A stretch of 64,000 nucleotides of DNA from a virus (lineage: Duplodnaviria > Caudoviricetes): IMG/VR virus record IMGVR_UViG_3300022173_000225, positions 2,905-66,904 of that record. One strand, 5' to 3'. Under the pieces are notes generated by a model. The model saw only the letters and a list, made by a program, of their open reading frames with translations, did no database searches and was not told the DNA's origin. Positions 1 to 7,736 of the stretch are shown piece after piece; the stretch's first letter is position 1, and each line of letters starts with the position of its first letter. The translations under genes were made by a program, and so were the position numbers.

Positions 1-2
1 CG

Positions 3-788
3 CTGCTGCGTCAGAGCGCGAAGAGCGCGCTTCTGGGCGCTGGGTATGGCCTGGGGTGGGCGAGCTTCGCTGCGCAGCTTCTGGTGGGTTTCCTGGGGGC
101 TCCGCCCGTGCGCTACGACAAAGCGTTCGCCAAGGCGCTGGGGGTCACGCCGGAGTACATCGAGCGCTTCCTGGACTGGGACGAGAACCTCAAGCAGATG
201 GGCGAGATCCAGCACAACTGCACGACGCAGGAACTGCTGGTGCACTGCGTGGCGTCCAAGAAGATCATCGACATCTACCGCGCCACAGCAGCGCCCGTGA
301 AGGGCTTCTGGGACATGTGCACGGAGTTGATCCACAGCGCGCTGGCCGACGGTCAGGAGTACAACCACAAAGGCGCGCTGCTGTTCCGAAAGGAAGAGAT
401 TGTGCTTCCCAACGGCATGTCAATCCGCTATCCTAATCTCCGTCAAGAAGTGGATACGGAAGCCGCAGAGCGCGGCGTGAAGCGCAAGCAGTGGGTGTAT
501 GGCGACGGTGCAGAGACAACGAAGCTCTACGCCGGCAAAGTCACGAACAACGTGACCCAGGCGCTTGCGCGAATCGTGATGACCGACGGGTTGCTGAAGG
601 TCTCCACGAGGATTCCGCTCGTGGGTACGGTGCACGACGAAGGTCTGGGCATCGTGAAGAAGGAAGAGGGCGAGAAGGCTCTGGGCTGGATGATCCGGCG
701 CATGACCGAGGAGCCGAAGTACATGCCGGGGATCCCCCTGGCCGCTGACGGTGGCGTCCATCGTAGATATGGCATGGCGAAAAACTAG
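3..788 (+). CDS. polA: Family A DNA polymerase, C-terminal part (5' truncated by window edge)
   Basis: Frame open from nt 3; motif B RQSAKSALLGAGYG, KLYAGKVTNNVTQALAR, motif C VHDE. Confidence 0.92.
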   Translation: MLRQSAKSALLGAGYGLGWASFAAQLLVGFLGAPPVRYDKAFAKALGVTPEYIERFLDWDENLKQMGEIQHNCTTQELLVHCVASKKIIDIYRATAAPVKGFWDMCTELIHSALADGQEYNHKGALLFRKEEIVLPNGMSIRYPNLRQEVDTEAAERGVKRKQWVYGDGAETTKLYAGKVTNNVTQALARIVMTDGLLKVSTRIPLVGTVHDEGLGIVKKEEGEKALGWMIRRMTEEPKYMPGIPLAADGGVHRRYGMAKN

Positions 789-797
789 GAGAAGCAA

Positions 798-1022
798 ATG
801 GCAAACGGAATCCTCGACGATCCAGACACGACCTTGCTGAAAGCAATCATTGGCACGTTGGTGCACAAGCTAGGTGGCAGTGTGGTGTTCACGCAGGAAG
901 ACTTCGACAACATCGCGGGCTTCGTCATTGGCGAGCGTTGGGTGAGCCCCGACGCGTTTCAACTCGAAGTCGTTCTACCTACAGACAAGCGCCTGCCAAT
1001 GCCCAAGGAGAAAGCACAATGA
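798..1022 (+). CDS. Hypothetical protein (74 aa)
   Basis: RBS AGGAGAAGCAA 787-797; co-oriented in operon. Confidence 0.75.
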   Translation: MANGILDDPDTTLLKAIIGTLVHKLGGSVVFTQEDFDNIAGFVIGERWVSPDAFQLEVVLPTDKRLPMPKEKAQ

Positions 1023-1309
1023 TCCTTCCCTACAAGTTCAAGCTCCCAGGACAGACGTATGACGTCGCGATCTTCATGCAACGCAGCCGGAATACCGGAC
1101 ACACCCTGCCCAGGCTGGGCATTGTGCAAGTGGCCACTCGCACCGTTACAGGCCCGCGCAAGCCGGAGGACATCCAGCTGACCTTCTGGCACGAAGCCAC
1201 GCACGCCATCCTCTTCGACATGGGCAGCCCGCGCTGGGGCGACGAGGGGTTCGTCACCGAGTTCAGCAAGCGCCTCGTCATGCTCATCAACACAGCGGAG
1301 TTCAAATGA
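1019..1309 (+). CDS. Small HExxH metallopeptidase-like protein (96 aa)
   Basis: ATGA overlap with upstream stop, RBS AGGAGAAAGCA; TFWHEATHAIL motif. Confidence 0.65.
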   Translation: MILPYKFKLPGQTYDVAIFMQRSRNTGHTLPRLGIVQVATRTVTGPRKPEDIQLTFWHEATHAILFDMGSPRWGDEGFVTEFSKRLVMLINTAEFK

Positions 1310-1590
1310 GCACCGACCTTGTCACGGTCTGCTGCGAGGGCTGCGGCCCTTGTGGAACCAAGCTTATCGACTTCGTTACACATCAGACGCAAGCACAGCC
1401 GGGAGACCCGTGGGTTGTGGTGGCTTCGCACCCGCAGGTGGTTAGCACCTGCTGTGGTTCAACGGTGGAAGTCTGGGATGAGCGCAAGCAAGAAGTGGTG
1501 GGTGTGGTCAGCGTCGAGCTTATGGTCGACCCCATCACACAGTACTACACCGACCGCAACAACAGTGGCCTCGCGGCCAAAGCACCATGA
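1306..1590 (+). CDS. Hypothetical Cys-containing protein (94 aa)
   Basis: ATGA-coupled at both ends; CCEGCGPC and CCG. Confidence 0.65.
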   Translation: MSTDLVTVCCEGCGPCGTKLIDFVTHQTQAQPGDPWVVVASHPQVVSTCCGSTVEVWDERKQEVVGVVSVELMVDPITQYYTDRNNSGLAAKAP

Positions 1591-1643
1591 GCAAACCATA
1601 CGTCCACAGCCACACGGCCGTCGACTCCGCGAGGTTCAAATGA
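1587..1643 (+). pseudogene. Remnant 5' end of the PD-(D/E)XK nuclease gene (MSKPYVHSHTAVDSARFK*)
   Basis: First 10 codons encode the same peptide as 2164-2193 but 7 of 10 codons differ. Confidence 0.8.
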
Positions 1644-2167
1644 AGAAGCTCTGGAAACCCGTGCCCGGGTACGAGGGGCTGTACGAAGTGTCTTCAGCAG
1701 GTGAGGTCTGTAGCGTCCCTCGAGAAGTTCTGCGCAGGTACGCCGATGGCCACACGTCGATGGTCCACAGGACGGGGCGTCTACTGAAGCAGTACACCAA
1801 CGAAGACGGGTATCGCTCTGTGCGACTCAGTCGTGACGGAAAGTCTCGGACATTCACGGTGGCGCGTGTGGTGCTGTGCGCCTTTGTCGGTGAGCCTGCA
1901 GAAGGGCTTGAAGCGGCGCACAAGAACCACAGACGCTCCGACAATCGTCTGCGCAACCTGGAGTGGGCGACGCGTCTGGAAAACGAGCAGCAGAAGGATG
2001 CTGCCGGGCGCCGCCCCACGGTGACCTGGGCCAAACTCAACAAGAACGCTGCAGCGCGGATTCGAAGTATGCGCATCACAGGCCAAACCTACAAGAACAT
2101 TGCCGCCCAGTTCGGGTGTCATCTATCAACTATCGCGCTTGTTTGCGCAGGGAGGACGTGGAAATGA
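1640..2167 (+). CDS. NUMOD4-HNH homing endonuclease with C-terminal HTH
   Basis: WKPVPGYEGLYEVSSAGEV (NUMOD4), AAHKNHRRSDNRLRNLEW (HNH). Confidence 0.9.
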   Translation: MKKLWKPVPGYEGLYEVSSAGEVCSVPREVLRRYADGHTSMVHRTGRLLKQYTNEDGYRSVRLSRDGKSRTFTVARVVLCAFVGEPAEGLEAAHKNHRRSDNRLRNLEWATRLENEQQKDAAGRRPTVTWAKLNKNAAARIRSMRITGQTYKNIAAQFGCHLSTIALVCAGRTWK

Positions 2168-2832
2168 GTAAGCCGTACGTGCATTCGCACACTAGCATCA
2201 AGGAATTTACCCAATGTCCGAGAAAGTTCGAAGCCAAGCGCATCCTGAAGCTTTACCCCTACGTGCAGAGCGAAGCGGCGCGCTACGGCGACGAGGTGCA
2301 CAAGGCACTCGAAGACCACACCAACCTGGGGGAGCCGCTGCCCAAGAAGCACGAGCAGTTCCTGCCGGTGATCCAGGCGGTGCTGGCCAAGCCCGGGCGC
2401 CACAAGGCCGAGCTTGCAGTGGGGGTGCGCCGTGACCTGAGCCCCTGCGACTTCTTCGACAAGAAGGTCTGGCTGCGCGGCAAGATCGACCACATCGCCA
2501 TCGACGATGACGACCTCAAGGCCTGGGTGGTGGACTGGAAGACGGGCAAGAACAAGTACCCCGACTTTGACCAGATGACGCTCATGTCCCTGTTCACCTT
2601 CGCCCACTACAACCACCTGCGCCAAGTCAACTCAGCCATCATCTACCTGCTCTACAACGACTTGAAAAAGGCGATCATGACGATCGACAACGTGGAGAAG
2701 CAGTGGTGGAAGTTGAAGGAGAAGACGGCGAGAATCGAGAAAGCGATCGAAGTCGGGCAGTTCCCGCCAAAGCCCGGCCCCCTGTGCCCGTGGTGCGAAC
2801 ACACCGCGTGCGAACACCATCCGAAACATTGA
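2164..2832 (+). CDS. PD-(D/E)XK (RecB/Cas4-like) nuclease (222 aa)
   Basis: SHTSIKEFTQCP, GDEVHKALE, RGKIDH, VVDWKTGK, C-terminal LCPWCEHTACEH. Confidence 0.88.
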   Translation: MSKPYVHSHTSIKEFTQCPRKFEAKRILKLYPYVQSEAARYGDEVHKALEDHTNLGEPLPKKHEQFLPVIQAVLAKPGRHKAELAVGVRRDLSPCDFFDKKVWLRGKIDHIAIDDDDLKAWVVDWKTGKNKYPDFDQMTLMSLFTFAHYNHLRQVNSAIIYLLYNDLKKAIMTIDNVEKQWWKLKEKTARIEKAIEVGQFPPKPGPLCPWCEHTACEHHPKH

Positions 2833-2840
2833 GGTGAACC

Positions 2841-3080
2841 ATGACCCAAGTGAATGGCAAACGTGACTACAAGCATCAGTACAAGCTGGAGAAGGCCCGA
2901 GGCGAGACCAAGGACCAGATCGAGCGCCAGCGTGCACGGCGTGAGTACGACAAGGCCGGCATCGAGCGTGACGGCAAACACATCGACCACAAGACTCCGA
3001 TCCGCAAAGGCGGCAAGAGCACCAAGGGCAACACGCGGCTGCGCGCGCCCAAGGCGAACATGAGCGACAACGGGCATTGA
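2841..3080 (+). CDS. Small HNH-like protein (79 aa)
   Basis: HIDHKTPIRKGGKSTKGN...N motif. Confidence 0.7.
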   Translation: MTQVNGKRDYKHQYKLEKARGETKDQIERQRARREYDKAGIERDGKHIDHKTPIRKGGKSTKGNTRLRAPKANMSDNGH

Positions 3081-3081
3081 A

Positions 3082-3549
3082 GTGGACTACCACCCCAACC
3101 AAAAGTACCGCACCCTGCAGGACGTTTTGAACAACACGACGACCACCGCTTCGGGGTGCAAAGAGTGGCGAGGGCGGATGCACCGCAAAGGCTACCCACC
3201 ATGCAACGTGGGCGGTCTTTTCGAGTCACAAGCGTTGCACCGCGAAGTGCATCGCTTGGCTACGGGAGAGCGGCCATCAATGGTTCTGCACACCTGCGAC
3301 AACCCACGTTGCATAAACCCCGATCACCTGCAGAGCGGTGATGCGCTGAGCAACAAAGAAGACTGCGTGCGCAAAGGCCGGCATGCGTTCGGTTCGCGTA
3401 ACGGTAACTCGAAATTGGACGAGGCTCGGGTCTTGCAAATGCGTGCAAAGCGCAGCACGGGGCTCTCCTACGCAGCGTTGGCGCAAGAGTTCAAAGTATC
3501 GAAAGCCACGGTCTGGCGCGTTCTATCAAAACAAAACTGGAGAAGCTAG
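3082..3549 (+). CDS. HNH homing endonuclease with C-terminal HTH (155 aa, GTG start)
   Basis: CKEWRG, VLHTCDNPRCINPDHL...NKED, GSRNGNSKL. Confidence 0.88.
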   Translation: MDYHPNQKYRTLQDVLNNTTTTASGCKEWRGRMHRKGYPPCNVGGLFESQALHREVHRLATGERPSMVLHTCDNPRCINPDHLQSGDALSNKEDCVRKGRHAFGSRNGNSKLDEARVLQMRAKRSTGLSYAALAQEFKVSKATVWRVLSKQNWRS

Positions 3550-5108
3550 TGGAAATCATTGACAACAAAGCCGTGCTGCTCAAGACACGGTACCCGGAGA
3601 AGTTCGCGATCATCCCCAAGCACAAGATATTGCGAGAGATCCCCGGAGGCGCAGAGATACTTGTGCACTTCGGCCTCGATGAAGTGCGCGTTCTGCGCAA
3701 CATGGGGTTCACCAAAGTGCCCTCGCCCATCACCGGGCGCTACGACTGGCCGGGGCGCTACAAACCTGCGCAACACCAGATCGAGACTGCCGCCTTCGCC
3801 ACACTGCACAACCGCTGCTTCGTGCTCAACGAGCCCGGCACCATGAAGACGATCAGCGTGCTGTGGGCGGCCGACTACCTCATGCGCCTAAAGCGCGTGC
3901 GTCGCGTCCTGGTGCTGTGCCCCATGTCGATCATGTACACGGCGTGGATTGCGGACATCATGAACAGCGTCGTGCACCGCAGCGCGATCGTGGCGCACCA
4001 CAGCAAGGCCTCGCGTCGCATCGAGATGATCCAGGGCGACTACGAGTTCGTGATCACCAACTACGAGGGCCTGAACCTGATCGCCCACGAAGTGCGCGCC
4101 GATGGTCGCTTTGATCTGGTGATCGTCGACGAGGCCAACGCCTACAAGAACACGAACACCCGGCGCTGGAAGGCGCTCAACTCGATCTTGAAGCCCGAGA
4201 CTCTGCTGTGGATGATGACGGGTACCCCCGCCTCGCAGTCGCCGGTGGACGCGTACGGTCTGGCCAAGCTGGTGTCTCCCGAGCGTGTGCCGAAGTTTGT
4301 AACCGCGTGGAAAGAGAAGGTCATGAACAAGGTGACCCAGTTCAAGTGGGTGCCCAAGCCCAACGCACGCGACATGGTGTTCGAGGCGCTGCAGCCGGCC
4401 ATCCGCTTCGCGAAGAAGGACTGCCTGGATCTGCCGCCAGTGATCACCGAGACGCGCCACATCGAGATGTCACCACAGCAGAAGAAGTACTACGACATGC
4501 TCAAGACGCAGCTGCTGGTGCGCACGGGCGGTGAGACGATCAGCGCGGTGAATGCCGGCGTGGCCGTGAGCAAGCTGCTGCAGATCAGCGCTGGTGCTGC
4601 GTACACCGACGATCACGAGGTGGTGGAGTTCGATGCAGGCCCCCGGCTGCACGCGGTGCGTGAGATCCTGGAAGAGACCGACCGCAAGGTCATCATCTTC
4701 GCGCTGTTCCGCTCGAGCATGGACACCATCCACGCGGACCTCAACAAGCACGGCATCACCTGCACCCAGATCCACGGCGACGTGAGCGCCGGCAAGCGGG
4801 CACGTATCATCGAGGACTTCCAGTCGACGGACCTCACCCGGGTGCTGGTCATGCAGCCACAGGCCACGGCACACGGCATCACGCTGACTGCTGCGGACAC
4901 GGTGATCTTCTACGGCCCCGTCATGAGCGTGGAGCTTTACCTGCAGTGCATCGCACGGGCCGACCGCAAGGGGCAGACCAGCGACAGCGTTCGGGTGATC
5001 CACATCGAGTCCAGCCCAGTCGAGCAGAAGATGTTCAAAGCGGTCTCCGCGAAAGTGAGCGACCACACACTTCTGGTCGATTTGTTCCAAAGCGAATTTA
5101 ACGTCTGA
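3549..5108 (+). CDS. SNF2-family (SF2) helicase (519 aa)
   Basis: NEPGTMKT, VIVDEAN, MMTGTP, GITLTAAD, QCIARADRKGQ. Confidence 0.93.
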   Translation: MEIIDNKAVLLKTRYPEKFAIIPKHKILREIPGGAEILVHFGLDEVRVLRNMGFTKVPSPITGRYDWPGRYKPAQHQIETAAFATLHNRCFVLNEPGTMKTISVLWAADYLMRLKRVRRVLVLCPMSIMYTAWIADIMNSVVHRSAIVAHHSKASRRIEMIQGDYEFVITNYEGLNLIAHEVRADGRFDLVIVDEANAYKNTNTRRWKALNSILKPETLLWMMTGTPASQSPVDAYGLAKLVSPERVPKFVTAWKEKVMNKVTQFKWVPKPNARDMVFEALQPAIRFAKKDCLDLPPVITETRHIEMSPQQKKYYDMLKTQLLVRTGGETISAVNAGVAVSKLLQISAGAAYTDDHEVVEFDAGPRLHAVREILEETDRKVIIFALFRSSMDTIHADLNKHGITCTQIHGDVSAGKRARIIEDFQSTDLTRVLVMQPQATAHGITLTAADTVIFYGPVMSVELYLQCIARADRKGQTSDSVRVIHIESSPVEQKMFKAVSAKVSDHTLLVDLFQSEFNV

Positions 5109-5114
5109 AAGGAC

Positions 5115-5142
5115 TTGCACATGAAAAAATAGCCGCTATGAT
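5115..5142 (+). promoter_or_regulatory. Sigma70-like promoter
   Basis: TTGCAC-16 nt-TATGAT in AT-rich gap, upstream of CATCAGGAG RBS. Confidence 0.7.
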
Positions 5143-5182
5143 TGTCAAAGGTTTTACAGATTCACTTCATCAGGAGCAAGCA

Positions 5183-5599
5183 ATGAGCACCACCGAAACC
5201 CCGACGGTTCCTCTGGACCGTCTGGCCAAAACGTATCGCAAGATCCGCGATGCCAAGGCCGCACTCACCACGGACTACGACACCAAGCTGGCGGCCCTGG
5301 ACAGTCAACTCGATATCGTGGCTGACGCCATGAAGGAGCAGATGAAGGCCGCAGGCGTCACCTCCGTGAAGACCGAGGAAGGCACCGTCATCCTCAGCAA
5401 GCAGACGCGCTACAGCGTGCAGGACTGGGACGCCTTCAAAGCGTTCGTGATCCAGCACGACGCGCTGGACCTCTTCGAGCGCCGCGTTGCGCAGAAGAAC
5501 ACGGAGCAGTTCCTTGAACAGAACCCCGACGTGGCCATCCCCTCGCTCATGTCCGACGCCAAGTACGTCGTGAGCGTTCGCAAACCAGGAGCAAAGTGA
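5183..5599 (+). CDS. Coiled-coil phage protein, Gam/Gp157-like (138 aa)
   Basis: RBS CATCAGGAGCAAGCA; helical N-terminus, DWDAFKAFVIQHDALDLFERRV. Confidence 0.6.
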   Translation: MSTTETPTVPLDRLAKTYRKIRDAKAALTTDYDTKLAALDSQLDIVADAMKEQMKAAGVTSVKTEEGTVILSKQTRYSVQDWDAFKAFVIQHDALDLFERRVAQKNTEQFLEQNPDVAIPSLMSDAKYVVSVRKPGAK

Positions 5600-6168
5600 T
5601 GAAAGCACTCATGATCGACATCGAGACCCTGGGCCTGCACCCCACCGCTGTGGTGCACCAGATCGGTTTCTGCGGTGCAGACCTCTCCACCGGCAAGTAC
5701 GAGTACCCACCAACGAACTTGTACTTGAAGACAACGGCCCACACGGGCGTGGACTTCGAGACGGTGTGCTGGTGGATGCGCCAGAGTGACGCTGCGCGCA
5801 ACGCAGTGTTTCCTGCAGACGTGTATCGCATGACCGTGCAGGAAGCACATGAGGTGCTGAAGGACGCGTACGAACAGATGGGGGGCAAGGATGCGGGCGC
5901 CACGGTGTGGGCCAGCCCCGCCATGTTCGACCTGCCAATGCTCACGCACACCTTCGGCACAGTGATCCCCGAGCCGGGAGACGTGAAGCCCTGGCCCTAC
6001 TACATGGAGCGCGACCTCATGACGCTCTACAAGATGCTCGACCCGGAGAAGTTGCTCAAACCAACGAACCCGATCGAACATGACGCCGCATCTGATGCGA
6101 AGGCTCAGATGGATCACCTGATCGCAATTTTCCAAGCCAACTCAACCCTCTTGCAAGGAGCAAAATAA
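5599..6168 (+). CDS. DEDDh 3'-5' exonuclease / exoribonuclease (RNase T-like)
   Basis: LMIDIETLG, FDLPML, HDAASDA. Confidence 0.85.
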   Translation: MKALMIDIETLGLHPTAVVHQIGFCGADLSTGKYEYPPTNLYLKTTAHTGVDFETVCWWMRQSDAARNAVFPADVYRMTVQEAHEVLKDAYEQMGGKDAGATVWASPAMFDLPMLTHTFGTVIPEPGDVKPWPYYMERDLMTLYKMLDPEKLLKPTNPIEHDAASDAKAQMDHLIAIFQANSTLLQGAK

Positions 6169-7229
6169 TGGGTACCGAAGTCACTCTGTTCGGCAGCAAA
6201 CTGCCTGCCCACCTGCGCGCCAAGTCCGAAGCGCTGTCCTCGACCGCACTCGCCCTCATGGGCAGCGCGGGGGGTGGCAAGCGCATCTCCATGAAGAACG
6301 GCGTCTGGCGTCTGCTCGACAACGGCAAGGAAATTGCCCAGGTCGAAGAGCGCTATCTGGACGTGGTCATCATCAAGGCCGCCCCCAAGGTCTCCCGCGT
6401 GCTGTACCTCGGCGCGTACGACTCGGCCAACACGGCGCCGCCCGACTGCTGGAGCGCTGATGGCGACACGCCCGACGCGTCGATCAAGGAACCCCAGTCC
6501 AAGACCTGCGCCAAGTGCGAGCAGAACGTGGCTGGCTCCGGCAAGGGCAACAGCCGCGCGTGCCGCTTCCAGCAGCGCATCGCCGTGGTAACTGCCAGCG
6601 ATTTGGTCGAGAACGGCGAGAAGGCCAACGTGATGAACTTCACCGTGCCGGCCACCAGCCTGTTCGGCAAGGCCGAGGGCGACAAGCGTCCGCTGCAGGA
6701 ATACGCTCGCTGGCTGGGCGCCCAGAAGCTGGGCCCCGAGATGCTGGTGACGCGCATGAAGTTCGACACCTCGGATGAGACCGAGGGCCAGAAGGTCGTG
6801 TTCAAGGCCATGCGCTACCTGGAGCAGGAAGAGTTCGACGCCATCGAAGTGCTGGCCGAGTCCGACGACGCGCTCAAAGCCATCACGATGACCGTGGCCC
6901 AGGCCGACGGTGTGACCAAGCCGGCCGACGCGGTGGAAGGCAAGCCCCCGCAGAAGAAGTCCGAGGAAGATGCACCGCCACCTGCAGCGAAGTCGCGCGC
7001 CAAGCCGAAGCCAAAGGCCGAGGAAGACGACGCGCCCCCGCCGGCTGCGAAGTCGAAGCCGGCTGAAGAGGACGAAGATGCGCCGCCACCTGCTGCGAAG
7101 TCGAAGGCGAAGCCGGCCCCACCTGCAGCCGACGAGGATGAGGCCCCTGCGGTGCGCAAGGACCCCAAGGAAAAGGCTGAGACCCCCAAGGCAGACCTCG
7201 CGTCGGTCGTGGATGGTTGGGACGACTGA
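6168..7229 (+). CDS. Putative ssDNA-binding/annealing protein with Pro/Ala/acidic repeat tail
   Basis: PDCWSADG, CAKCEQN, ACRFQQRIAV; repeated EDAPPPAAKS; acidic end GWDD. Confidence 0.6.
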   Translation: MGTEVTLFGSKLPAHLRAKSEALSSTALALMGSAGGGKRISMKNGVWRLLDNGKEIAQVEERYLDVVIIKAAPKVSRVLYLGAYDSANTAPPDCWSADGDTPDASIKEPQSKTCAKCEQNVAGSGKGNSRACRFQQRIAVVTASDLVENGEKANVMNFTVPATSLFGKAEGDKRPLQEYARWLGAQKLGPEMLVTRMKFDTSDETEGQKVVFKAMRYLEQEEFDAIEVLAESDDALKAITMTVAQADGVTKPADAVEGKPPQKKSEEDAPPPAAKSRAKPKPKAEEDDAPPPAAKSKPAEEDEDAPPPAAKSKAKPAPPAADEDEAPAVRKDPKEKAETPKADLASVVDGWDD

Positions 7230-7235
7230 TTGAGC

Positions 7236-7256
7236 ACAGGGGCTTCGGCCCCTGTT
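7236..7256 (+). terminator. GC-rich hairpin with UUCG loop after SSB-like gene (weak U-tract)
   Basis: ACAGGGGC-TTCG-GCCCCTGT. Confidence 0.5.
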
Positions 7257-7263
7257 CAACACC

Positions 7264-7560
7264 ATGCCATACCATCCCAAAGTCGTCGCCCACATCAAGA
7301 AGCTGCCCATGACCAACATGGGCGCTGCTCTCGGGCGCTGGGCGATCTACTACGACCTGCCAGTCATGAAGGTGGCTGTTGCTCTGGGGGTCACGCGACA
7401 GAGCGTGTACAACTGGATGAAGGGCGGCGAGATCTTCGACGCTTACAAGCCTCGTGTGCAGACCCTGATCAAGATCATGGAACACGCCCACGCCACGAAC
7501 AAATCCTCGGAATACGTCTGGAGAACAGCATGTCAGGAATTCAAAATTACCACCACATGA
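7264..7560 (+). CDS. HTH DNA-binding protein (Cro/XRE-like, 98 aa)
   Basis: VMKVAVALGVTRQSVYNWMKG. Confidence 0.8.
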   Translation: MPYHPKVVAHIKKLPMTNMGAALGRWAIYYDLPVMKVAVALGVTRQSVYNWMKGGEIFDAYKPRVQTLIKIMEHAHATNKSSEYVWRTACQEFKITTT

Positions 7561-7721
7561 CCAACCTCGAGTTGGCAAAGTTGGTGGACAACAACGGGGT
7601 GGGGGCAGCGACCCCTGAGCTTCTGGAGCACGTCGCGCTCCGTTTCATCGAGCTCTTTCGCAACGGTGGTCTTACCCACGCCGGAAACCAAGTAACCCGC
7701 GTCCCCTTCGTCGTCAGCTGA
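7557..7721 (+). CDS. Hypothetical protein (54 aa)
   Basis: ATGA-coupled start MTNLELAKLV, fills the gap before primase. Confidence 0.55.
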   Translation: MTNLELAKLVDNNGVGAATPELLEHVALRFIELFRNGGLTHAGNQVTRVPFVVS

Positions 7722-7736
7722 CCCCCAAGGACTCAT

